Assembly: GCA_013239625.1 (NCBI GenBank)
Contig: MU053934.1
Coordinates: forward strand, 9,259,352 to 9,323,351
From: Lama guanicoe
Taxonomy: Eukaryota
Direction of reading: 5' to 3'
DNA length: 64,000 nt
Positions 37,158 to 50,659 of this stretch are shown here, in pieces. Each line of letters opens with the position of its first letter. Position 1 is the first letter of the stretch. The position numbers and the translations under genes were made by a program. Below the pieces are notes generated by a model, which had not been told where the DNA came from, did no database searches, and saw nothing but the letters and a program-made list of their open reading frames with translations.

Positions 37158-38249
37158 CTGGCACTGGTTTTGAAGCATTTAAAGTCTAATTAAATTAGTT
37201 TTTGTGCCAGAGACGCTGAGACAAATGTGAGGCTTTTTTTTTTTAAGTTTCTCAATGGGAGGGACTGTGCCTTTCTCAGCTTTTTATTTCATGCCATTTT
37301 GTACATAATTTCTTAGAAATATATTGAGCTGAACTTTCTGAGCCAAGTAGTGTTTATGTCAGTGGAATAGCGGGCAGCATCGGACTTGAATGATTTTATA
37401 TATATGAGCGACAATCTTAAATAAACCCCAAAGCTACTTTTATCATTTGAAAAGTGATTGATTTGGAATTTATCGCTTGAATTTTACTGTGTCACTCCGA
37501 AGTGAGCTCGGCCAGCTTTAAGGAGGAGGTTGTCGTACTTTGTTACATACTGAATTCAGTTACCAAGATTATCCAGTTAGCATAAAATGCAGTTCAGTTT
37601 TTGTTATGTTGTTGCCATAGCTGGAGTGGGGTGGGTGTTTAAACCTTTGTGAACTCAAAATTCTTTTATGATGATGGAATATTTCATGTTTTAATTCTCT
37701 TGGTAAAGAGTATGTGTTTAACTACTTTACCAGGTATGTGTTTTTTACAGGTTCATATAATATATAAAATGCATTTCTGTTCCAAGAAAAATACAAGTGG
37801 TAAACAGTTGGGAGAGAGCTTGCATATTTCCCTTTCTTATCCTGTCTGATGATTAATGCATTCAGCTATGTTCAGCCTCACGTTTAACCAGGTTAGTGTT
37901 TAGTTTTGGTTAGGCTGTTTTCTTTGTGAGGACAAAAATGGCCAATCCCGTGCCCTACCTGTCTTCCAGATGGAGTCTTTGCATTGTTTCCAGATCACGG
38001 TGCTTAATGCAAGGTCAGATCTTCTTGTGAAAACAGATTCTGGATTAACTACGTCTGTGCACTTGCACACACCCATCCATACCTGCCTGTGCACTTAAGC
38101 CCCAGCAACCTGCTGAGGTCATGGGTCTGATTTCAAGATGCAAAAGACGGTTGATGTTTTGCTTTGTAGCATAAAAGTGCAGAAGCAAGTTCTCAGTACA
38201 CAGTAGATCTGCATGGAGACCATGAGGTTTAACAGAAAGAGCAGGAACT

Positions 38250-38344
38250 TTCAGACCCACTGTGTGACCTTGGACGAAGTCCTTAATAGCTGAGTCTCTG
38301 GTTCTCATTAATGCACCGTGCTTGACTGTTGTGAGGATTTAATG
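38250..38344 (+). mobile_element. MIR fragment
   Basis: ctgtgtgaccttggacgaagtccttaatagctgagtctctggttctcat...gttgtgaggatttaatg. Confidence 0.65.
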
Positions 38345-38553
38345 CAGGGGCTGGCAAACTACAGCCTGTGGGTCTGTTTTTGTCAGTAAAGTTTTATCGA
38401 GACACAGCCATGTCCATTCCTTTAGTGTTGTCTTGACTGTTCCAGGCTACAGCCTACACCAGCCCATTTGGGTAGCTGTGACAGAGATAACTATATGGGT
38501 TGCAAAGCCTAAATTAATTGTTTTCTGGCCCTTTACAGGAAAAGTTTGCTGAC
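38345..38553 (+). mobile_element. MER58A-like hAT-Charlie DNA transposon
   Basis: caggggctggcaaactacagcctgtggg...taaagttttatcgagacacagccatgtccattc...gcaaagcctaaa...tctggccctttacaggaaaagtttgctgac. Confidence 0.85.
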
Positions 38554-38644
38554 AATAGGACAATCAAAAAATCGTGGTTTCAGTCTCAGCTTAACTGTGA
38601 CCTTGATCATGTTTCTGTAACCTTATGTTTTTCCTCTGTAAGTA

Positions 38645-38800
38645 TTTATTCATTCATTCAGTGCATATTAAGAGCTTGCTCTGAGTCAAGCATTGTTCTG
38701 GGCTTAGGAAGTGGAGCAGTGAACAAAACAGACACAAACACCTGCCCTCATGGGTTCATGCGCCAGTGAGACATGCTCGGTGAGGGGAGAGGAGTGTGGG
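38645..38800 (-). mobile_element. L2 3' end
   Basis: tttattcattcattcagtgcatattaagagc...gcagtgaacaaaacagacacaaacacctgccctcatgg. Confidence 0.8.
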
Positions 38801-41800
38801 GCTCACAGGGAGGTGGAGGTGGCCAACACCCGTGAAAGCGCACCTAGAACACTGCTCGGCGTGAGGGACGGTGAGCGGCGTGTGTGCTCAGTGGCGTTCG
38901 CTGTTACTGTTATGCTAAGCGTGGGGTTGTTAATGCGTAAAACAGAGTGGAGCCTCATTTCAAGGTTGGACCCTTCCAATTCCATGTCTACTGTCCCTAA
39001 TGTTTTTCCTAAAAGAGTGACTACCTGGAAGTCAGTCCGGATCGCATCCCGTACAGTGAGCTCACGTGAAGCTCTGTGTCATCTGCACGAAGGAGACAGA
39101 ATGGGGTCCCTGAGGCCCGGGTCGGAGCAGTGTGACGTTCACAGGTGGCCCTTGGCACGCTGGGTTGTCCAGGCGGAGGTGAAGAGAGCCGGAAGAGCAG
39201 AGAGTCTGACACCTCCGGTCTCTCAACACTTGCTCGTGGACCTTGGAGTCAACTCGTGGGGTTTTACGCTCATTCCATGTTATAAGGTCTCACTAGCCGT
39301 GAGACCCCTTGGGCCTCCGCAGTCTGTGAATCTCGGACCAGGGAGAAAAAGTGCTCAGCATGGAAGGATGAGCTTCGGCTAGTATTCTGTGAAGTGGTGA
39401 TTATGTTTTAAGACTGAAGATTAATTATTTGAAACTATGAAATAGATACTAGTTTCTTCATATACATTAAATACTGACACTCTGATTCAGTCGGCGTTTG
39501 CACGCAAGGCACTTTACGTCTCGGTGCTCAGGCAGGTGCAGGGTTGGGGTGGAGATAATCGGTGAGTGGAGTGAATTAGTGTCAGAGGCCCCCGATTGTA
39601 TGACTTGAGGAAGATAACTTAATTTTGCTGATTTTCACATCGGTAGAGTAAGGAGATGAGACCAAGTTTTTCCAGGTCCTCTTCAGCTCTGATTATGTGG
39701 TTTGTGAATTTTCTGTCTGACATGATTCCCTCCCATAGAAAGCCTCGTGCTGGTTTCCTGTCCTGCTGGAGACTGCGCCCTCCCCCTTCACGTGACAACG
39801 TGACGCCTTTGTTCTTCCTGTTTCTTAGTTCGGAACACAGAGTGTTGGAGTCGCCGGGCCCTACCCTTCTTGAGACGCTGTCAGCTTCCTCATCTTCTGA
39901 AGCAAGATAATTTCCTTTCATAACCCCCACCCGTAGGTGGAGGGATAATTTTGATGGACCACAGAACTACCTAAGGCACTCTCCAGCTCTGACATTCCGA
40001 GGTTCTGGAGTAAAATTCAGAAGACTATAGATGGACTGGAGGGAAGAAGGCCGTGTTACTTTGTTTTGTTCTTCTAAGTTGAGACAAGGGAAACCCCCCG
40101 AGCCAGGAGCTTTCCTGGACGAGACTTACTGGGAGTGAGTGGCCATGACCCCTGAGAGTGATGGCAGGGCCTCACCTCGCTTCTCTGTGGTGCTTACGCA
40201 GGATCCTTTTTCCTGTCAAGCTCCCCCTTTCACAAACAAGCTCTGTAGGAAATGTTTATACCTAAAAGCGTATATGATGGGAGACGGCACATTCAGGATT
40301 GCCTTGTTACAGTTCCAGACGGACAAACGAAGACTTGCAATCTGTAGTTTGTGATCTGACAGAGATCAAATGAAATTCATAAACGCTTTTTGAAAATAGA
40401 AAAAAATCATCTGTACTTTGTTTGAAAACATGCCATTCTTCTGGAGCTTTCATTTTTTGGGTAATTAATAGTATGTTTTTGAAAAATCACTTGAAGTGAA
40501 AGTGGGAATATATACTCCCATGATTTTACTGACGAGGAGCCATTGTCCTCAAGAATATAAGGTTAAAAATTACATATATACCCTTAATAGCATCTGTGAC
40601 TTTTAATATCTACAGTATTCCAAAGTTACGAAATTCCAGCCGGAAAGGCTTGTCTGGATAAAAGGACAGACTTTATCATTTTAAGCTACTGATTATCGGC
40701 CTGTATCTGCATCATGTGTTTTGAAGTCGGAGAGCTGAGTGTGGGCGAAGGCCTCCCTCCTGCCCATTTAGAGGGCAGCTCGTGGTGAGAGGCGTTTAGG
40801 TGCTGTGGTTGGTTGGGGCGCTGGTTCTGGAGTCACGTGGATCTGTGGGCCGGGGCGCGACCCCGTATGAGCCTGTTCCCCTGAGAGGTGGGACAGCGGG
40901 AAGTCCTGGCTTGGAGGCTTCCTGGGAGGATTACGATGGACCGTGCACGTAACGTCAACAGTGCTGGGCAGAGACCTAGGAAGCTTCAGCTGCAGGGACT
41001 TTTGTTTGCATGAGTGCAGCCTGATCTTCCTTCGGAAGTCCAAACCCCAGTCACCAACTTCCTTCTTTATCCCCCAGTGGAGGTCCTTCGGCACCACAGA
41101 AACCATCCATTGGGAACTGGACCTTCTGCTCTGGATCAATGGTGTAGACGCACTTCTCTGTCTTCCTTCTGCTCGGTGGAGCTAGCAGCCCTGGACCGTC
41201 CGTGTGGAATAGACACAGGAAGGTGCAGAAGGGTGGACAGAAGCGGGCAGTCTGCCTGGGGGCCTCGGGACTCTGGGGACGGCCCGATGGTGCGCTCCCT
41301 GGGCATTCTGTTTGCCTGTGTTTCCCAGACTGGACGTCAGAGAAGCAGTCAGTCCAGAAACACAGGTGCAGACCAAATAAGCCCCCAAGAGGAGCTTGCT
41401 GTCACCAGCCAAGGGACCAGGAGAGGGGCAGTTTAGCAAGACAGACTTTAGGCAGTAACTGCCCTACCTCAGACAAGCACCATGGGAAAAAGGAAACCCC
41501 CTCTCCTGATCAGCAAAGACCGGGTGGGGAGCCTAGCCTCAGGCCTTCACCCGAACATGATGGGGTACCCTTCACCCCGCTGGGTGGTGTCCTGGGTGGG
41601 GAGCCAGGGCTCTCATCCCTGTCCCCAGGTAACCAGGCACTCCCTCCCCCGCCCAACTGTGCTGTCCGTTGAGGCCAGGTGGGGACCTGAAACTCCCACC
41701 TGTTCAAGAACAGTCGGTATAAAACTGTGCTGTGACCTTCGGCCTAGCGGTAAGAAGGCCGAGTAGGGGACCTGGTCCCTCACCCCCGCGTGGCAGTGGC

Positions 41801-41839
41801 AGGACGCTCCCTGCCGCCACTGTCATGGTGTTAGAGGAA

Positions 41840-42455
41840 GCGGCTGAAACAGATTTGCTTAAGATGCACAGTCTCAACATGATACTCAAAACGTTCTTGG
41901 CGTATGATTAGAAGTCACGTGTTCCGTTGAGAACCAGGAAGACGTCAACCTGAGTGAGAAGAGGCAGTCAGCAGATGGCAGCACCTCGATGACACAGCTG
42001 TGGGTCCTCTGCCAAGGGTTTTCGCGCAGCATTCATCAGAGTGCTTCAGCGAGCGGTTATGAACAATTGCAGCAAATGAAGAACTAGAAAACCTCAGCAA
42101 AGAAATAAAAGATACAAAGGAAATCCAAATGGAAATCTTAGGACTGAAAAAATAACAACCCAAAATAAAACGTAAAAGCTCATTGGACTGGCTCTGTAGC
42201 ACAGTGGAGAGGACAAAGGGAGAAATCAGTGAACCTGAGGTTAGAATAAAAAGTATCCACTCCGAACAACAGAAAGAAAATAGACTGGAAAAAATTACCA
42301 GGGACATCAGGACTCAATAAATGGTCTGACGTTCCGTCATTGGAGTCCCAGAAGGAGAGGGGGAAGAGGGTGGGGCTAGAAAAGTGTTGAAAGAAACAGT
42401 TTCCCAAATTTGGGGAAACAAAAACAAAAACAAAACTCTACAGTAGATTCAGGAG
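41840..42455 (+). mobile_element. Old L1 ORF1 fragment
   Basis: gaaaacctcagcaaagaaataaaagatacaaaggaaatccaaatggaaatcttaggactgaaaaa...cattggagtcccagaaggagag...ttcccaaatttgg. Confidence 0.82.
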
Positions 42456-42684
42456 GGTCAGGACTGGGTCGTGTTTCCTTGGGTTACCTTGACAGTAAAT
42501 GTCCTGCGTCCCCGGAAATGTTCATGATCCTGGTGACCCATCAATCCTGTTAAAGGATCTTGTTTTCAGTCTTTTATTTTTAGTGACCAAGGCCCCCTTG
42601 CCTTATCTTGGTCCAGGTTACATCACCCACCATTTTCAGTAGGAGCATAACAAGATAGTCTTTTTGCTAAATATCTTATGTTTT

Positions 42685-43190
42685 CCTAAGCCAGCAGTTA
42701 CCTGGGTAATATACCCAGTAGAAATGAGTGCCTGTGTCCACCAAAGGTCATGTACATGAATGTTCATAACAGCCTTATTCATAATAGCTGAAACTGGAGA
42801 CAGCCCAGATGTCTGTCCCTGATAGAATGGGTAAATACACTGTGGTATGTCCATGCAGTGGAATAATATGCAGCAGTGAAGACAGGCAAGCCACTGTGAT
42901 GTGCAGCAGTATGTTTAGTAAAGGAAACCAGACAAGGAGAATATACACCGTGTGACTCCATTTACCCAAAATTCCATAAGAGGCAGAAGTAATCTAAGAT
43001 GATAGTGATTAGGGGACTAGTTAAGTCAGGGGTTATCAGCTGGTAGGGGGCACAGGGACCCGCGTGCTGGCATGATCTGCGTCTTCAGCTGGGTAGTGGT
43101 TGCATGTGTGCACACATACATGAAACCTCTGTCAGGTGTCACACTGGAGAATTGTGTGCTGTATTATAGCAGATTAAATTTTAAAATAAA
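42685..43190 (+). mobile_element. Old L1 3' end (L1MD/L1ME-type)
   Basis: atacccagtagaaatgagtgcctgtgtccaccaaag...gaatgttcataacagccttattcataatagctgaaactggagacagcccagatgtc. Confidence 0.8.
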
Positions 43191-46100
43191 ATGTGTGTGT
43201 GTCCTGCAGCACACATCTCCATGAACAGTCCTCCCATTGCCTTGGAGATGAAATGGGAGCGCATGAGCTTGGCGTCCAAGGCCTCCTGTGACCGGCCCTG
43301 CGCTGGCCAGGTTACGCGGGTCCCTCCTCTGTATTCCCGTGGCACGTGGTGTCTCCTCCAGCTCTGGGTGCCAGTGCTGTTTCTCACTTGTCTCGGGAGC
43401 CTTGTCTCTCTCTCTGCCCCCACCCCCAGCCCCACCCTGACTTCGGTAAGGGCGGAAAATGTGTCTCAGTCACTCTTTAGTCTCCAACACAGGATCTGTC
43501 GTAAAGTAGCTTCCTTTAAATTTCTGTCAAATGAATAAATAGCTGTAGATTAAAATTTTTTCAGGTGTTTAAGTGTTTGCAAAGAGGGAAATCGGAGAAA
43601 GGACCTGAAGGTCAAGTGCAGCTTCCTTGTTGTGCTAACGGTGAGGTTCCTGGGGGACTGGAGAGATGGCCAGAGTCTTTTCCTGCTGCCTGGGGCTGGG
43701 ACACATGTGTCACCAGAGGCCTCTTCCTGGATCGGCTGAGGCTGGCCACACGCCATTCCCACCTTTCCTGGCTGTTCCAAGGCAGGGGCCTGCCCTTAAC
43801 GTCCGGGTCTGTCTCACCAGCCCCTTCCTCTCCCCTTCTCAATCCTGAGCACTCTCAACTTTGAGATTTTCCAGCACATTTAATATTATTTCAGCCACCA
43901 TCTCTTTTCTGAAGATAGTAAATATCATCCCCCTGCAGTTCATATGGCGCAATTAAAGAAAAGCCTGAATTTAAAAATTTAACCAACCTGGGTTCTGCCG
44001 CTCGTGCAGCTCTGTGCCTGGGAACAAGCTGATTAACCCTCACAGATCTTGTCTTGATCTGTCTGAATGCTACTTGCAAAGCTGTTAGGAGCCCCGCGTT
44101 TTTGCACGTGAGGTGTTGGCCCATCAGGAGGTGTTTGGTGTGGGTCCCCTTCCCCTCTTCCGTCCCCGTTCGCCGGCAGGGCCCACAGCGTTGCTGACCA
44201 CAGGGTCCGTTTCTGAAACGTATCACCTCTGTTCATACACATCTCCCCCTCGTGGTCTGCTCCTGCAGGGTGGCAGTGCCTTGTGCACCAGCCAGTCAGG
44301 CGGTGTAGCCGGCAGGCAGGACGTTGGTTCCCCCCACGCGTGTCTGTGCCCAGAGGATGTCCAGCTCAGAGCAGGGCCCAGGCCGGGGCATGGCCTCCTC
44401 TGTTCTCTGAGCGGCTCTTACTCATTCATTCGGGCTAGTCCTTCCAGGAGCCAATGTGTCATGATTCCCGGCACTGGCTGGAGACTCAGGCTCTCAGCAA
44501 GCCTTTTTATTTTAAACACCATGGGCAAGTTGATAACCAGTTTCCAAGCCATACTTATTAGTGGCAAGGAGCTCATCATAATGCCACTAGCCGCTGAGAT
44601 TCTGTCCACGGGTTAAAAATTAAAGACTGAGTGTGTTCAGGACAGGATGCTGTTTGTTCGGGCACTGCGGTGTGACACTGGAAGTGATGCGTTGCGGGTG
44701 AGAATTACATCCCAAGTCGCAGAGGAGGCAGGCGTATTGTGCAAAATTAGCTCTGTGGGTTGTTTTTGTTCTAAATGTGGCTGTGCGTGTTAGCGCCGAT
44801 GTGCCAAACAACTTTCCTGAGCCGCACTGCCTTCTCGGCCGCTGGCACGGTTTCCCGATCCCCTTCCCGTGTGACTGCTTTCTCGAGTTGTGTCCTGGGG
44901 GCTGTAAGGAGGCTGCTGAGTGGAGTGGAGTTGTGTGCACTCAGGTACATTAGAGGTAAATTCTACTTCTTGATTTATATTTTTTTTCTTCTGCTTAAAT
45001 GCAGAGGTTTTCCATCCAGCTCTTCACATGTTTCCCTGGTCAGCTTTTGGCATTTTGCTCTATTCAGCCGTCTTAAAGAAACGCAGGAATGGGAAAATAC
45101 CCTCTGCTTGTACTTTTTTTTTTTTTTTTTATCCTTCAGCTCGTCTTAAAGCGCTCTGTAAAGAATGCAGCAGAAGTGCCATGAGGCGCAGGATCAGGAG
45201 CGAAGATGCTGTTCGCATCCAGCGTCTTCCCGAGCTCTCCTGGAAGCCGGGCATTGTGCAGGACACGCTCTTTGCTCCTCACCTACTTCGTGTCACCCTC
45301 TGTTTGTAGTAGAGCCTCTTGCCTGTTTTCCACGTGAGACCAGGTGACGCGTCCAGGCTCCCGGGGCTGAGAGGGCGGCAGCGCTCGGAGCTTCCTTGTC
45401 ACGCCCCTGGTTACGTAGCAGCCTGGGGACCTCGAGGGACTGGGAGTCGGGGCAGGGCTGTGCGTGGGCGAGTTATGTCTCGCGGGAGGGGTGTGCTCGG
45501 CAGCCCCGGCCCCGTGTTCTCCTGGACTGGACACTCGCAGACGTTTCACATCCCAGATCAGCTGAAAAATGTCTTTCTGACATCCAGCCCTAAGGCTCCT
45601 GGCTGTTTCCTAACTGGTCAGCATGGAAGCAGATGCTTCGTGGGGTCCCACCCGCATTCCTAGATGTCCGCGGAGCTTCTGCCGTCAGGGGGGCACTTCC
45701 TTCCCACTCAAAAACAGTCGCTCCTTTTTCAGTCTTGCAAGCAGAATACAGTCATCTTGTTTAAAACCAGGTGATTTCATTCACTATTTAAACAAAGATT
45801 TTATCTGCTCGGTGAAGGACCCATGAGGAAAACTGCACCAAACTCAGGCACAGACGTTTGCTGAAGAAAAGTTAGTTGTTAATCTTCCTGGAGTTCAGTA
45901 GTCGAACGTAAAGCATATTTGTATTAATCACATTGTTCTTTGTACTTGGGGACATTTTAGGAGCGTCAGTGTCACTGTCCTTGACGCGCTGCTCTGTCTT
46001 CCCGCAGAGGCTGCCAGCGCGCTGCCGCGTGTCAGGGGAGGCGCAGCACCACGCTCCTCTCTGAACTCGCTTCCCTCCTGGGCGCACCTGCTGCAGCAGC

Positions 46101-46299
46101 TGCTGCCTCCTGTCCTTTTCCACGTGCTCTGCTTCCCTGGGGTGCTTCGCCTTGCAGTGACTTGGGGGCGGGGCGGCCTACGGGCTGCAGCGTCCCATCA
46201 AGTCGGGCCCCTTCTTGGCCCTCACTGGGTCCCCGTCGCCGGCCCTCCCAGCCTCCGCTGATTATTTCACTCCCGCCTCCCAGCCTCCCGTTCCCAGGA

Positions 46300-46905
46300 C
46301 GGACATCTTTCTACCTGGGGCACTTGATAGACTTGGTTCGTGGGACCGCTGTCGTCCATCAGTCTCCCTGAAGGTGAACTTTCTCATCGGATTCCTCATT
46401 GCTCTTCCCGTGACTTGGGCTGGGACAGAATGAGGAACCTTCTCTCTTGGGTGTCTCCAAGCACCTCACTGCTAGCATGTCCAAAATTGTGCTCTTGGTC
46501 CTGCAGCTGCTCCCCAAGGCTTTCCTCCTCTGTCTCAGTGTAGATGCCACCCCGACCCAGCCCACCAGAAGCTCAGATTCTTGGCGGCATCTCTTTCTCT
46601 TTCCAATCACCGTTCTAGGAAGCAGGTTCTGTCTGATCTACCTCTAAAGTATATCTCACGTCAGCCCGATTCTTTCTGTCCCTGCTGCCACCACAGATGT
46701 CCTGGCCTGCATCACCTTCTCATTCGTCTGCTGCAGTGCTTCCTAACAGGCCTTCCTGGACCCCCTCACTCCTTTCCACCCAGGTCTGTATGTGACAGTC
46801 AGGGTTCATCTTTTGAAAATCCAAATTGGATTGTTTCATTCACCTGCATAAAATTTTCAGTGGCTCATTTTACACTTAGGAAAAAATTAATTTCTGGACC
46901 TTAAG
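46300..46905 (+). mobile_element. L2 LINE fragment
   Basis: gcatgtccaaaattgtgctcttg, gcagtgcttcctaacaggccttcctg, cagggttcatcttttgaaaatccaaattggattgt. Confidence 0.6.
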
Positions 46906-46914
46906 ACTATATTC

Positions 46915-47845
46915 TACCTGCTGAACCACCTTGGGAGCTTCTAAAATACATACATGCACATGCCTGGCCCTTCACCCCAAAGATTCAGGCTAAGTTGACA
47001 TGAGGTGGGACCAAGGCGTCACTAGCTTAAAAGCTCCCCAGGTGACTCAGATGCACAGGGAGGGTTAAGGAGCACTGCACTGTACCAGTGATTCTGAAAG
47101 TTTCACGTGCATCATCTCATCCGAACAGCTTTTTTAAAACACTGTCTACAACCTTGTCTGCGGTCTTAAGTGTCTTGTCAGTGGATGAATGGATAAAGGA
47201 GATATTCTGCACACATGCCCACATGCACACAGAGGAATATTACTCAGCCATAAAAAACGAAATCTTGCCACTGTGACAAGATGGGTAGACCTAGAGAGTA
47301 TTACACTAAGTGAAATAAGTCAGAGAAAGACAAATACTGTACAATTTCACTTAGATGTGGAATCTAAAAAACAAAGCAAATGAACAGACATAATAACACA
47401 GAAACAGAATCACAGATGCAGAGAACAAACAGGTGGTTGCCAGAGGGAAGGGGGGTTGGGGGAGCAGTGAAGGGGGTGAGGGGAACTAAGAGGCACAAAC
47501 GTCCAGTTACAGAGTGAGCGAGTCATGGTGCTGAAGTGTCCAGCATGGGGAGTGCAGGCAGTAACGTCAGAGTAACCCTCATGGTGAGACTGGTAGTGGT
47601 GGTCATCTTGCAATGTGTAGCAATACCAAATCCCTGTGTTGTGCGCCGGGAACTGTCATAGTGTTCGGGGTCAATTACGCTTCCATTGAAAAACAGAAAC
47701 AAACAAAAGACACTGTCTGCTGGGCCCGAACCCGAGTTTTCAATTCAGTTGGTCTGTGGTGGGGCCCAGCGACTTGCCTTTCTAAAGAACAAGGTCCCAG
47801 ACGACCAGATGCCGTTTGCGCTGCCCCCGGGGCCACGTGTGGAGG
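46915..47845. mobile_element. Two adjacent MER5-like hAT elements, the second split by an L1 insertion
   Basis: aaagctccccaggtgactcagatgcacag...gagcactgc, then cagtgattctgaaagtttcacgtgcatca...aaaacac, resuming after 47710 with tgctgggccc...attcagttggtctgtggtggggcccag. Confidence 0.65.
47148..47709 (+). mobile_element. 5'-truncated L1 3' end (laurasiatherian-type) with TSD
   Basis: gatgaatggataaag...ggaatattactcagccataaaa...ctaagtgaaataagtcagagaaagacaaatactg...caggtggttgccagaggg and A-rich tail; direct repeat acactgtct at 47139-47147 and 47710-47718. Confidence 0.85.
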
Positions 47846-50659
47846 GCCTGGCTCCTTCCTCCCCAGCCTCGTCCGCGTTTCACCCTCTCCCTGCACACGC
47901 CGTGCTGGCCGCCTCCCTGCGAGTCAGACACGCTCGGCTCTTCCTCCTGTGTGTCCTGGTACTTCTGGGTCCCTCTGCATCTTTGCGTGTCCGCCCCACT
48001 TTCATGGTGCAGACCTCAGTTCAGGTATCACCGTTGTGTAGAGAAGTCCTACCCAACCAACTTTCTGAAATACTGCTTCACTCCCTTCTTGGTCATTCTG
48101 TTTATTTCCTTTATGGCGTTATCATAATCTGTAAGTATATTTGTAAGTTTGTTTGCTTATTTCTTGCTCATGCACTGTCTCCCTCTCACGCAGCTGTCTG
48201 TCTGTCTGTCGGTCTCTGTCCCCTAAGTTTCATGAGCACAGGGACCTTGACTGTCTGTATACTGGTGGATGGGCGGGTGGGATCGAGAGCTGTTTTGCCT
48301 CCTGCCCACACTTTTTTTTTTCCCCAGCAAATAGCTATGGACATCTAAGGGTAAAGCAGGGGACGTGAGAATGAGTGAAACATGCTTCGTGCAACTGAAA
48401 ACCCCAGAGTCTAATGAAAGAGTCAAACAGATAAACAGCTGCTGTGTAAACCATGGGCTTCATACAGACTCACTAGTCTGACTGTCACTCCCTGGGAAGG
48501 GGCCAGTCAAGAGTCTAGAGAAGCCATGGAATGTTGTGTGCATTCGGCTCTCTCCACGGCACAGAGAGAGAGAATCTTCTCCACCTGTCAGCACTCTCTT
48601 TTGGTTGTGTTGTTCAGCAAATGTACTGGGCCGGAGGTGTGTCCTTTCTTTGGAGAGAAACAAGTTTCCAGGACCCTCTGCTCCCGCCTTTGTAATAAGG
48701 CCACTCCTGCCCATCCCAACCACACTGTCTTCTTTCTTCTGGACTTCTGGAAGGGAGTGGAGATTTTGCCCCCGAAGGCTCTTAAGTGGGTCAGACCAAC
48801 ACATGAATCAAATTAACTCCAAAATCACTTTGACCTCAAGGCAGAAAATTCATTCCATGTTCAGGTACTCCAGTGAAAGGCCTAAATTCACTGTAATAAT
48901 AAAATGCCCACAAGAGATACTCTATATTTGAATATTAATTCTATCTCATTATCAAATTCCCAGGGAAGTATTAAAATCCAAAGATTACATTTCATTTTAA
49001 ATTAAAGTCCAAAGACATTAAAGTCAAATACTCTGCCCATGTGAGTTAGAATTCAAAGAAGTTAATGTTCAGAATGCATCCTCCCAATTTCTTACTCTGC
49101 TTAATCCCAGTTGGAGGGGCTCTTAATGCCTGCGTGGGGTCAGGACTCTTCTAACAGCTGCAGCCAGAGTTGGTGTCTTGGGGTTCTGTGAGCCCCACTC
49201 CTGACTGTCTGAAACGCCTCCTTTCTAAAAAGACTTAACAGGGCAGAGGCTTGTCTGCACTGGCCCCCACCCAGCGGAGCTAGGAGACGAGCCCGTTCCC
49301 AGTCTTCTAGCAGTCACCCCAAGCTCAGTGTGCTGTCGGGTGGCAGAAAGTCTGTGATGCCCCAAGGAAGGCGGGCGGCTGTAGGAAGTCTTGGCTTCCG
49401 TCTCACCAGCACCTCAGGTAGTCTGTGACTGCTGGCGGCCTCTGACAGCGGGAAGCAGTTTCTCTTCCGTCGTCTGAGTGATCCCAGGGGCCCAGGCCAT
49501 GCTCCCCCTCCTCTTCTGGGCTCTGTGGCCTCCTCCCCCAGGTTCTGCGCCAGCAGCAACCGGAACGGCCAGCCCTCTTGTAAAAGTCAGTTTTCGAGCA
49601 GTTGGGACTAGGTGCGGTTTCATTTCCTTTTGGATCCTTTCATCCTGACCTTCTAGATAATTATTTCCCATTTTATATCTGGATGGTCTGTCCTCTTAAG
49701 TTTTCAACTTCTGCTCCTTAAAAAATAAATAAGTAAAATATTAAAAAATCACTTTCCCTTGATCTAAATCGGCGGATTGCTTTCTTTTGTTTTCGTCCAT
49801 CTGCTGCTTCTGTTCTGAGAGTCAGACTGAACCACTCTTCACTGTAACTCCTCTTTGTTTTCTAGAGGCAGACACTCCAGACAAAGGCCTTTTTAAGTTG
49901 CCGTTTTTTCGTGGAGTTTGTGTGTCTGCATCAGGCAGTATCCTTGTGTGTTTTCTGGTCTTGGGATCTATCTAAAGTTTCTCCTAGGTATGTCTGGCAC
50001 ATGGCCCTTTTCAAGTTGAAAAAAGTTCTCTAGTTTTCTGAGAATTAAAAAAAATCATAAATAGGTACTAAACATTATCAAATGCTTTTCCTATGATAAT
50101 TGACGTATTCTCTTCATTAATATTAGTAATTACCTTATAGATTTTCTGATCTGCATTAAGATCTTCATGAATTTTTGAGGTATGTGTAACTAATATTATT
50201 TCTAGAATTTGGGGGGTGGGGAGGTCTATGATTATATGTTAAATAACCATGTGATTTTCTTACACTGATTTGTCTTATCCTGGTTTTAGAATCAAGCCAC
50301 AGTAGCCTCATAAAGTGAACTGGGAAACTCTCCCTCTTTTTCCGTTGTTTGAAGAGCTTACGTATGTAGTAGATTTTCTGTTCCTTAAAATTTTGATGGT
50401 ACTTGCTTGGAGAGCTGTTTGGGTCTTTGACGATTTTTGTCAGTGAGTCTTGGTCATTTTCATATCTTTAAATCATTTAAATTTAAATATTTAAATTATT
50501 GACGTATTGAAGCTTTTTATTTACCGTGTCAGTTTTTCTCAGAAATGTTCCTTTTATCTAGATTTTCTATTTTTTCCATAAAATTCATATTTTATTATTT
50601 TATCTATGTTTCCTATACCTGTTTGTCTTTTTGCATCCAGCATTGTAAGGGTCCAGGGT

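Noticed and set aside
38750..39382. 210-aa ORF
   Set aside because: Starts within an L2 relic, has no recognisable domain and shows no retrogene hallmarks.
47686..48348. 220-aa ORF, the longest in the window
   Set aside because: Non-ATG start; runs across an L1 tail, MER5 and L2 relics; composition is not protein-like.
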